From contig NC_042997.1 in NCBI RefSeq assembly GCF_006345805.1, positions 14,198,001-14,262,000 on the forward strand: a stretch of DNA of 64,000 nt, given 5' to 3'. How positions within the stretch are numbered: the first letter of the stretch is position 1; each line of letters begins with the position of its first letter. The stretch is from Octopus sinensis (taxonomy: Eukaryota). Below, one piece after another: positions 13,525 through 24,666 of the stretch. The position numbers and the translations under genes are program-made. The notes beneath the pieces were generated by a model. It was not told the DNA's origin. It saw nothing but the letters and a program-made list of their open reading frames with translations, and ran no database searches.

Positions 13525-14282
13525 CCGGCAACTTCAGTTTTGTTTCAGACTACCTCTGCGCCGCACATTCGGAAAGCGCTTTCTACCAGAGAGCCAAGTC
13601 TATCAAAACCTTGTGGACGAAATTTATTCGACGGGAACGGTATGAACATGGTGCGTACAGTGCTTGCGTCCTCAATACCCTGCAGCGAGACATGGACCGC
13701 GTATGCCCGCCAGGAGAAACGGCTTAACACCTTCCACCTCAGAAGCCTCCGACGCATACTCGGCATCTCCTGGCAAGACTGACGTTCTATCTCGTGCTGG
13801 CCTCCCCACCATGCTCACCTTGCTAAGACAATGTCGGCTGCGCTGACTTGGCCATGTTCGCCGTATGGCGGATGGTCAGATCCCAAAGGATGTCCTCTTC
13901 GGAGAGCTTGACGCAGGGCGGAGAAACATTGGCCGCCAGAGGCTGAGGTACAGGGACGTGAGCAGGAGGGATGTGAAGGCACTTGGCATCAACACCAATT
14001 CCTGGGAGGATCTAGCAGCCGACCGAACCAGCTGGAGAGGCACTCTTCACACACAACTTCGGACTGGCGAAGAGAATTTGAGGGTGGCGGCAGCTGGAAA
14101 CCGTGCCCGCAGAAGAGAAATGACAGCCAACAGACCGAATTCAACGTATAGGCGTGACCTCTGCAAACGAGACTGCCACTCTCGCATAGGTCTCTACAGC
14201 CACAGGAAGTGTTGCAAAAACTGAATAGACAACTCAACGGACAGATGACATCATCCATGGTCAGCCATGACCGACAGAGGCC
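13525..14282 (+). mobile_element. RTE-clade (BovB-like) LINE 3' fragment
   Basis: Frameshifted peptides ...RLNTFHLRSLRRILGISWQD..., MADGQIPKDVLFGEL..G.R..GR.RLRY.D..., and a terminal DLCKRDCHSRIGLYSH C2H2-like motif. These are typical of the RTE ORF2 C-terminus. Confidence 0.85.
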
Positions 14283-15062
14283 CGAAAAATAAAAATGGGA
14301 ATGAAAATAAGAGACCGCTCCATTGCAAGCATTCAAAGACGGGTTCTACAGATAACTTCTCTCCGCTCATCGTGGATGCCCGGAAAGGTTCGAGGAAGCT
14401 GCTGTTTCTCCTCTGAAGAACCCATTAAGAACAATCTCCCATTGCACGTTGCGCCTCAAATAGTTACCATCTATATTGTCCATCACTAGCCAGGTTAATG
14501 TAAATGGAGGTCAGTTTGCACTTCAGCGGTAACGATCAAGATAAGATTACTTGAATTGGCAATAGTAGGGAAGGGCCGAGATGCATTTGGTGACCCTGAA
14601 GCTACCTTCAGCTGCCCACAATTGTATAACAACCAAGCAAAGTATGAAGTCTCATCTAACGTGCTCATTGAACTTGATAAATTATACCATGCTACCTACA
14701 AAACTTTAAAAGACCTTTTAGATAATCAAAGTTTGAATACCTTTGATCCTAAATGTGCACGAGCAAAACCGACCTGGAGTTAACATTAATCCAAATCTTC
14801 ACAACACACTGTGACTGGAGAACACTTACACAGTACGAGGTGGATGCATAATATTCTTAGGCTCGATTTTTCAAACACCTTCAAAAGTCTTTGAGAAGAA
14901 CTGAGCATATTTGCGCATACATGGATAATGCATGTTTGTGTAAAATTTGAACCGCTCTTAAGACCATGAGAGTATCATTCTAACAAAGCAACATTAGAAG
15001 TTAAATCTGCTACATCGTTTCATTTTTAGACAAGCTGATTGGCTGTCACGAACAAATACATA

Positions 15063-15557
15063 CCGTAAATCCTTGAGTATAATCCGCATTTTTTTCCCAA
15101 AATTTAAAGGTCAAAATCCCTAGTGCGTACTATATACGAGGATAAAAATGAATATTATTTTCTAAGCAATGTCCGAGTTTCTATTTGCTGTCCGGCAATG
15201 TTTATTTAGACGCATTTTGTGATGTCGGACGCGAAAATACCTTAAGCTAAGCTTGAAAGCAATGAAGTCATAAAAGAATCATCCATAACTTGCAGTAAGC
15301 AACATTTATTAAACGTTATTACTGTTGTTTCTTTATTTTCGGCAAACAAAATGCACGGAAAAGCTACACGTTTGCATTATGTTATATATACAATAACAAT
15401 AAAGGATGTTACCGCATGCATTTTTACAAACCAAGGACGTTATATAGACCTCCTTGACTCAAGTTAGAGAAGGGGTGTGTATTATACACAAGGTTTAGGT
15501 TTTTCAGAGGTACAGCCCCCTGAAAATCCCCTGTGTATTATACTCAAGGATTTACGG
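15063..15557. mobile_element. Tc1/mariner-superfamily (pogo/Tigger-like) MITE
   Basis: Perfect TIR CCGTAAATCCTTGAGTATAAT at both ends and TA target duplication (15061-62, 15558-59). Confidence 0.85.
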
Positions 15558-16122
15558 TATTTCTGTTCTTTGTAAACATAAGATTTTGGCTTCAACAACA
15601 GTATATTTTAGACTAGCCTGCTTCATAGCAATATAAAGCTCAGTCAAATCAACATCACCTTCAGAGCCAACACTGCAGATATGGCCTGCAGGCCATATCT
15701 GCAGTGTTGGCTTTAACACTAGTTTTCCATGCTGGCATGGATTGGACAAGACTTGAAAAGGCCAAAGACAACACCTAGTTCGTCTGTTTTAGCTTGATTT
15801 CTATGGCTGGATGCTCTTCCTAACATCAACTCCTTTACAGTGTACTGGGGGTTTTATACATGCCACCATACTACATATGAAAATGTACATCCTTATGGAA
15901 TTTTATTTTCTTTTACCACAAATGTACGGCAATCCATCCTATTTGTACTGCTTCATAAATAAGATAGATATTATCATCAAATGGAGAAGCTTATGATGTG
16001 CTTCCATTAGCTGTAAAATGCAATGACTATAGGCTTGTCACTGCTGGTTTTGTATCTGGTGGTGCAACAGAAAAGTTGCTGTAGTCTCAACAATCACTAG
16101 TGAACCAATCCATATAAATGAA

Positions 16123-17043
16123 TAGCTTGGTTATTACTCATTAGTCTTGTCTCATAAGAGGAATCAGATTATTAGCCCTGGTTATTACTCATTAGTCTTG
16201 TCTCATAAGGGGAATCAGATTATTAGCCCTGGTTATTACTCATTAGTCTTGTCTCATAAGGGGAATCAGATTATTAGCCCTGGTTATTACTCATTAGTCT
16301 TGTCTCATAAGGGGAATCAGATTATTAGCCCTGGTTATTACTCGTTAGTCTTGTCTCATAAGGGGAATCAGATTATTAGCCCTGGTTATTACTCGTTAGT
16401 CTTGTCTCATAAGAGGAATCAGATTATTAGCCCTGGTTATTACTCATTAGTCTTGTCTCATAAGAGGAATCAGATTATTAGCCCTGGTTATTACTCATTA
16501 GTCGTCTCATAAGAGGAATCAGATTATTAGCCCTGGTTATTACTCATTAGTCTTGTCTCATAAGAGGAATCAAATTATTAGCCCTGGTTATTACTCATTA
16601 GTCTTGTCTCATAAGAGGAATCAGATTATTAGCCCTGGTTATTACTCATTAGTCTTGTCTCATAAGAGGAATCAGATTATTAGCCCTGGTTATTACTCAT
16701 TAGTCTTGTCTCATAAGAGGAATCAAATTATTAGCCCTGGTTATTACTCATTAGTCTTGTCTCATAAGAGGAATCAGATTATTAGCCCTGGTTATTACTC
16801 ATTAGTCTTGTCTCATAAGAGGAATCAGATTATTAGCCCTGGTTATTACTCATTAGTCTTGTCTCATAAGAGGAATCAAATTATTAGCCCTGGTTATTAC
16901 TCATTAGTCTTGTCTAATAAGAGGAATCAGATTATTAACCCTGGTTATTACTCATTAGTCTTGTCTCATAAGAGGAATCAGATTATTAGCCCTGGTTATT
17001 ACTCGTTAGTCTTGTCTCATAAGGGGAATCAGATAATTAGCCC
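16123..17043. repeat. 51-bp minisatellite, ~18 copies
   Basis: Unit ctggttattactcattagtcttgtctcataagaggaatcagattattagcc. One unit has a 2-bp deletion near 16503. Confidence 0.95.
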
Positions 17044-18722
17044 CTCACCTCCTCTCTTAAAACTGGATGTTGTAGTTATGAAAGTTTGGGCTTTTGTTAC
17101 AAAAGCAAGTGGAGTGATCAGGAAAATGATGCTTCCATCACCAAGTGATCAAGAATTTTATGCATCAATTTGAGACATGATATTTAAGTTATCCACAGTA
17201 ATTTCAATTTTCAGCCATGAACCCTGTTCACATACAAAGTCTTTTGAATGCAAGATTTCAAACACTTTTACTCGTTTTAGTCATTTGACTGCGACCATGC
17301 TGGAGCACCACCTTTAGTCAAGCAAATCAACTCCAAGACTTATTCTTTATAAACCTAGTACTTATTCGATCAGTTTCTTTTGCCAAACCGCCAAATGATG
17401 GGGACATAAACACACCAGCATCAGTTGTCAAGTAATGTTGGGGGGGGGGGACAAACACAGACACACAAACATACATACGACAGGCTTCTTTCAGTTTTCA
17501 TCAACCAAATCCACTCACAAGGCTTTGGTTAGCCCGAGGCTATAGAAGAAGACACTTGCCCAAGGTACCATGCAGTGGGACTGAACCCAGAACCATGTGG
17601 CTGGTAAGCAAGCTACTTACCACACAGCCACTCCTGCACCTTATCATCAATGTAATACACAACCATGCTTTTATGATACTTTAACAAGGCATATTTATAA
17701 AATACACCAATTATCTCCAAGCAGGCATGGCTGGAATGTACTTGACCATAAGATTATTCAGTCGGAGCAAATAAGGTTCATATAAGAGAGAAAGATGGAG
17801 GCTATTTTAATGGGTAACTACTCAGAGATACATGGCATATGTTATGAATATGCCAATTTAAAGTATCATAAAAGCATGAAACTGTTAGTAGCTCTTTATG
17901 TTGTGTATTAAATTGATAGATAAATAGGTTACAAATAGTACAAAGTTCAAGCACCATTCACATGTTAAGATGTTTTTGGAATAACATTGGTTTTGTCACA
18001 AGCTTATTATTGACTAGTGTAAAATCCAACAAACTATTATCATTTACATAATTGTTGTGGATAGCAAAGTCACCCAATATTAAGTTTGTATGACTCCTTC
18101 CAATTCATTAATCTAACATTAAATTCGCCAGTAACTGATATGTCGTTTTGTTATAATTAATTGCTGAAATAGAATCTTAGCCATTGATCATTCAGTCTGT
18201 AATTAGAAGCTTGGTATTCAAGTAGTTTCCCATGGATCACAGGAAAGATTGAATTCAAGGTAATGAAATTAACTATAGTATATTCCCGATCTTTGCAGTG
18301 GTGGATAATTATTAAAAGCCATGTGGATACTGTCGATAAATAACATCTCAACTATAAACTCTGATTATAGGCCACCCCATTCTATGCAGAGTAATCCAAG
18401 GTGGAATTCAATCTCTGTTGTATACTTGGACAGGGTACATAACTCTTGGTAGATATGTTCCATTCTTACCTTGCAGTTGAGTAATACGTCTTATCTAACT
18501 AAACCTAATAGGCTCTGAGGAAGCTTATGATCAAATACTTTCCATTAAGTGTGATTTAAGGGAGATATTACTGTTATTTCCAGCAAATCTAGCTATCTCT
18601 GGTGTCTTCCATCTGTAAAAACTATAATACTAACAATATGTATATGTTTTAAGTTTCGACCATCTTGCTATTAGCTGTATAAAAAAACTTTATTTTTCAA
18701 GATAGAAAACTTTCATAATTAA

Positions 18723-18943
18723 CCCTTTCGTCACCGTATTTATTTTGCGATGTTCTGTGTTTCTTTCAATTATTTTGAATATAACAAAGAATATAGTAAA
18801 ATAACTTAGTTATCATTAAGCTAGTGTTAGGAATATAAATTGCAACTAAGGTTTGGTGGTATATTTTGATGCAAAACTTTTGAAAACAAGACATTTGTAC
18901 TACAGAGCCAGAGCCGGTTATGGCCAGGTTAGTAACGAAAGGG
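18723..18943 (-). mobile_element. piggyBac-type MITE family A (~220 bp)
   Basis: TTAA|CCCTTTCGT...ACGAAAGGG|TTAA. Sister copies at 27598-27815, 34694-34913 and 38546-38766. Confidence 0.88.
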
Positions 18944-19609
18944 TTAACTAGCACATTGATGCGTGATAAATAGACAACCATTCTGTTCCACAAGATATCC
19001 ATCAAACAGAAAATCGGATCTCTTACCTCCAGGAGGTAGGAGGATGCAGTTATCATCATTTAAGAAATTTTCACATAAGAATGATAGAATTAAAAGTAAC
19101 CCAGGTATTGGCCTTTTAATCAAGCACATCTAATGTTTACCACCACCACCACTGCATGTTAAAACTCTTTATGGCCCAGTTTGCCACCTTCCAAACTTCC
19201 TAATATAGTCACATGCATGGCTGAATGGTTGAGAGGTTCACTTACCACCCACATGGTTTCAAATTCAATCCTACAGCGTCACACCTTGGACAAGCTATTT
19301 TCTACTATGATTCCAGATCAACCAAAGCCTTTTGTATGTATTTAGTAGAAACTGAAAGAAGCCTCTGTGTGTATGTGTAACTTAATTCAGACACATTTTT
19401 TTCCACTCTCCTCATTTCTTTCTGTAGAAGAGTGAAGGCTTGAAACATCACTCATTTTCCCCGAGCATCAAACTAATATACTTTGTTTGCTGTTACCTTA
19501 CCTATCTCTCACACAATTTTGAACCACACACACACACAATTTATTAAAGGTCACAATACATGTATTAAAGAGCTACTAATAGTTTTATACGTTGAGAAAA
19601 ATTCAAACA

Positions 19610-19850
19610 CATTATTCAGGTGCAAACCTATTTCTATTTCTTTACTACCCACAAGGGGCTAAACAAGGACAGACAAACAGATTAAGTCGATTATCTCGAC
19701 CCCAGTGCGTAACTGGTACTTATTTAATCGACCCCGAAAGGATGAAAGGCAAAGTCAACCTCGGTGGAATTTGAACTCAGAACGTAACGGCAGACGAAAT
19801 ACGGCTACGCATTTAGTCCGGCTTGCTAACGATTCTGCCAGCTCGCCCCC
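19610..19850 (-). mobile_element. CORE-type SINE monomer
   Basis: Same family as 3033-3604. Confidence 0.85.
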
Positions 19851-19854
19851 TTAA

Positions 19855-20075
19855 CCCTTTAGTGTTCACATTATTCTGCCAAAATCAATGCTTCTTCATC
19901 TACATTGTTTTGAACTAATAATGTATTATCTTGCAGCTATGAGATTTTGATGAGGTAGCTGTTAATTTTTAAAACGACATTGTAGGGTTGGTGTGAGGGA
20001 CCAGATCTGGCCAGTTTGAACATAAAACAGGCAGAACACTTTTGGTCGGATATGGCCGGTTTAAATGCTAAAGGG
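19855..20075. mobile_element. piggyBac-type MITE family B (~220 bp)
   Basis: TTAA|CCCTTTAG...GCTAAAGGG|TTAA. Sister copies at 23563-23781, 28496-28703, 34678-35122, 40573-40782 and 41490-41893. Confidence 0.85.
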
Positions 20076-21710
20076 TTAAACCACGTATCATAACGAACTA
20101 AAGAAATTGAATATGTTTGAGTTTTCTCAACATATGAAACTATTAGTAGCGCTTCAATATATGTATTGTGACCTTTAAATAAATATTTATCTCTCACCAG
20201 ATGGAGCACATTTTTTGTTGAATTTTCTATCATTAATCAGTATATATATACATATATATATGGGGAGGGACTCCTTGGCTTGACACATGATTGCCAAGGA
20301 GTGTCACTGTCATATAAACTGTATAGTTTGTTTCCACTCTTCATGAAAAGATGTCCAGCCATGGGTGAATATTAACTTGCTTCAAAACAGATGATTGATG
20401 GTGGCAGAAAGAGCATCTGGCCATAGAAAATTTTCTTCAATGAATTGTCTTATCCATCTAAGCATGGAAAAGTAGACATTAAAACGACAACAGTAATGAT
20501 GATAATGATGACCCCCATCAGAATTTAAAGAAATCACTTTTTTCTTAATTGTAATGCTACTGTGGAAACCAGCATAAATCTCTCAAAGATCCTAAATACA
20601 ATAGATTAATGCATGCTGGAACCAGTCACTATCTGTTTTCAAAGAATGCAACACCCATTTAAGTTTTGCTGTCATAACATAACCTACATTCCAACAACTT
20701 CGTCATCAAGACCCTCACTGAAAGCTAAAACTTTGGCTATTACATTCTGCAAGAGAACAGCCAACACTTAAACTATTTGGAGAGATGTTTTTAAGGTGGT
20801 GCTCCAGTATGGCTGCGAGCTGGCAGAAACGTTAGCACGCCGGGCGAAATGCATAGCCGTATTTCGACTGCCGTTACATTCTGAGTTCAAATTCCGCCGA
20901 GGTCGACTTTGCCTTTCATCCTTTCGGGTCGATAAATTAAGTACCAGTTATGCACTGGGGTCGATGTAATCGACTTAATCCGTTTGTCTGTCCTTGTTTG
21001 TCCCCTCGTGGGTAATAAGGAAACATATTTGGAGAGATGTCTTACTTCATCAAGCAACCTAATCACTATGTAGGAAAAACAATATTATTCAGGCTCAATG
21101 ACTGGAGGTGGTTTGGCAGAAACCTTACAAAACAGGACCAAGCATTTCACAATATATACTTTGAACACTTACTTTTGCATTTTAAAACCTATCTTCTTTT
21201 CCCTACACCACATGGTATTGTAATTTATCATTTTTTAACCTTTTACTTGTTTCAGTCATTGGAATGCAGCCATACTGGAGCACCACCTTAAAAACAATTT
21301 TGTCATCTTTTTTAAAATTCTTTAACAGCTTCTACTGATCCTCCTCTACTACAAACACCTGCTCTGCCCCATGTGCTGTTCTCTAAAACCCATCATCATC
21401 ATCATCACTTAACATCTGTTATCCATGCTGGTGGCATGGGCTGGATGTTTTGACCGAGCTGGTATGCTGAACGGTTGCACCAGACTCCAATCTACGGCTG
21501 GAAACAAGAGTGTAATGGGTGCTTTTATGTGCCACTGTCATCGGTGCCATTTGCATGACACTGGGGTGCTTTATCTCCTAACATAAATCTAACCCCACAA
21601 CCACAGCATCTGTATTCTGACAAGATGCATGGTGGCCTCACTAGTGCTGCTGACATGCAAAAAGCACCCAGTACATGCTGTAAAGCAGTTAGCATTTGGA
21701 AGAGCTGGAC

Positions 21711-22093
21711 TGGAAGCATTCCGTCGGTTACGACGACGAGGGTTCCGTTTGATCCGATCAACGGAACAGCCTGCTCGTGAAATTAACGTGTAAGTGGCTG
21801 AGCACTCCACAGATACGTGTACCCTTAACATAGTTCTCGGGGATATTCAGCGTGACACAGAGAGTGACAAGGCCGGCCCTTTGAAATACAGGTACAACAG
21901 AAACAGGAAGTAAGAGTGAGAGAAAGTTGTGGTGAAAGAGTACAGCAGGGATCATCACCATCCCCTGCCGGAGCCTCGTGGAGCTTTTAGGTGTTTTCGC
22001 TCAATAAACACTCACAACGCCCGGTCTGGGAATCGAAACCGCGATCCTACGACCGCAAGTCCGCTGCCCTAAACACTGGGCCATTGCGCCTCC
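21711..22093 (-). mobile_element. tRNA-derived SINE (ggaggcgcaatgg family)
   Basis: Full-length young copy. Flanks share atttggaa(g/a)agc (probable TSD). Confidence 0.9.
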
Positions 22094-22986
22094 ACTATTT
22101 GGAAAAGCATTCAGGCATAGAAACCATACCAAAGCAGACACTGGAACAAGATACAGTCCTTTGGTCTATTGGATCTTGCCAAACTGTCCAACCCACACCA
22201 GCATGGAGCATGTATGTTAAATGATGACGATACATTTGTTTCTTCATGCAAACATATTTATGATGGTTTTAGTTAAAGCAATTTAATTTGTTATAGATAA
22301 ATACTCTTCCTGCCATTAAACACTTAGCTGTGACATATGGAGGAGAATGGGCTTTAGGTTCGTCGGTAAAGTGAATCAAGAAGAACTATGTGCCAAGCTC
22401 AGAGGCAGAACAAATGGGCATAGTAGTGAAACAGGATCTTGTCATTCACCCAGCTTAACACTGCCACATGGCTCTTGGCTATTTTCAGTGAATTACATTC
22501 TATTGCAAGCATTTGGACCTCCCTCTACAATTTCCGGTCTATTAAAAAAACAAAGACAAATTGACCAACACTTCTCACCCATGCACATTATATCAAAATA
22601 TAAAGTTAATATTATTATAAAAGTGGATGCACATGGTTTAATGGTTAGGGTGTTGCACTGATGATCATTAAGATTGTGGTTTCGATTCCTGGACCGGGTG
22701 ATGCAAAATATTTCACCTCATATTTTTCCAGTTCACTGAGCCAGCAACCTGCAACAGGCTGGCATCCCAACCGGGGCAATAATATATACATCCCAGAATA
22801 ATATAATCCTTTAGCTCAAAGGGAACATTTGATTTGATTCGATTTTCTTTTTTTGATTATTACCGATACAGATACCAAGTGTAATTGATTAGAGAGTAAC
22901 AACATCGTTATTCCATAGAAAGGCTCAAAGATGAAATTTTACAAATATCTTCATGAAAATAAATAAAACATATTAATTTTTTAAAA

Positions 22987-22992
22987 TTTAAT
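22987..22992 (-). terminator. Candidate polyadenylation signal (ATTAAA) for SNRPB
   Basis: ATTAAA on the minus strand about 150 nt after the stop codon, followed by U-rich sequence. The region is very AT-rich, so a chance match is possible. Confidence 0.3.
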
Positions 22993-23139
22993 TAGCATCA
23001 AATTGTGTGTGGAAAAAAAATGCTTAAAAAAGGAAACATATCGGAATAGTATGAATGATATCTGAATTTGGTTGTAAAATGTTCATGAATTTTTGCAGTT
23101 GTAATCACTGCCCTTTCCTAGATAGACTTAAGTATTTGG

Positions 23140-23180
23140 TCACGGTCGTGGGGGAGGTCCTCTCATTCCAGGTGGTGGGC
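23140..23180 (-). CDS. SNRPB: SNRPB final coding exon
   Basis: ttttctatttttag|GC CCA CCA CCT GGA ATG AGA GGA CCT CCC CCA CGA CCG TGA encodes (G)PPPGMRGPPPRP*, a typical SmB/B' C-terminus. Total CDS is 663 nt. Confidence 0.92.
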
Positions 23181-24612
23181 CTAAAAATAGAAAACAAAAT
23201 ATATAAATATATCATGAAAGAAAACACAGGTAAAAAATGAAATTAATAAAATTGAAACCTTCTGTGAGCACAAAGAATTAAATTCCAAATTTTACTAACT
23301 TATTGTAAATATATATTGCAATGAACAGCAGAAACAGTAGCACTGAAATACTATAATGCCTTGTGGTAGTTAATCCTGTTTCTTTATATACTGAGTTTTA
23401 ATCCAACAATGACTGACTTTACTTTTCATCCTTTGAAGATTGATAAACTAAAGCAGCAATCAACTACAGAGGTTGATTTACTCAATGTTCACTACAGCAA
23501 AATGTGCACCCTTGTATCTAGAATTTAATATTGTTCCTGTTCCTTCTATTATTATACTTTAACCCTTTAGCATCCAGATTATACTGCCAAATATAATGCT
23601 TATTTATTCCAATTGTCTTGTATTAATCATGCATGATCTCATAGCTTCGAAATTTCAATGATGTGATTGTTTTTTTTTAGACTGACATTGTAGTGAAGGT
23701 GAGAGAGGCTGGATCTGGCCAGTTTGAACATAAAGCACATAGAATATTAGGCCAGATTTGGCCGGTTTAAATGCTAAAGGATTAAACTTCTCAACACAAA
23801 CATAAATCTACCTGCATCACTACTAAATTCTCACTCAGTCTAATGAGTTTCAGACCAAATGTTAGTACTGGCACCAGAAATAAAACACCCAGTATGTTCA
23901 GCAAAGTGGTTGGCATTAGGAAACACACACAGCTATAGAAACCATGCCAACACTAAGACCATCCAACCCACACCAGCATAGAAAGCAGATATGAAATGAT
24001 GATCATGACAACAAATTTGGTATATTTAATGTCAGTCAAGGTTCTTCATGCTGTTATCATATTCCCTACCTCACAAAATGTTCATATCTTGACATGAATT
24101 TCAGAGAGGAATATATGTTTAGAAATGGTTGTCAAATTTTCCTCAAATTACAGCCGTCTTGAAAAGAAACAGGCGCATTAGATGGTGTGATCCTAGAAAC
24201 CCCTAACGTCAGGATGGTCACAGATCTGCTTGACCAGGGTTGAACTGGAGCTAAACAACAGATTACACTGGGTGGGTGGGTAGGTGGGCAGGCAAGCAGG
24301 CAGACAGACAGACATATAATTACAGTTTATTTAGCTCTGTATGTTCACATACAAGGGTGCATGGATGAATATATTGGATTGGTGCAGAATTAACTGTTTT
24401 ATAATTTAATTAATAATTAATCAAAAATAAGTCGTTAATTACACACCAATCAAATACACACATGACAAATTATATTGTGTATGTGTGTTATGGTTTATTT
24501 AGCCTTGTATGTGTGTATATAAACATAATAGATTACACACACACACACACATACATACATACATATATACACTGACACAAAAAGCAGGGTGCATGGGTGT
24601 GTGTGCATATAT

Positions 24613-24666
<54 letters not shown>

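Noticed and set aside
16123-17043. Regular repeat array as possible CRISPR or repeat protein gene
   Set aside because: There are no unique spacers and the context is eukaryotic. The ORF is broken by a frameshift and has no gene context.
19021-19060. Strong minus-strand donor (CCTGGAG|GTAAGA) with PPG-like codons as a further SNRPB exon
   Set aside because: The CDS already terminates at 23140, no clear acceptor is present, and the frames are not SmB-like. It could at most be a UTR exon.
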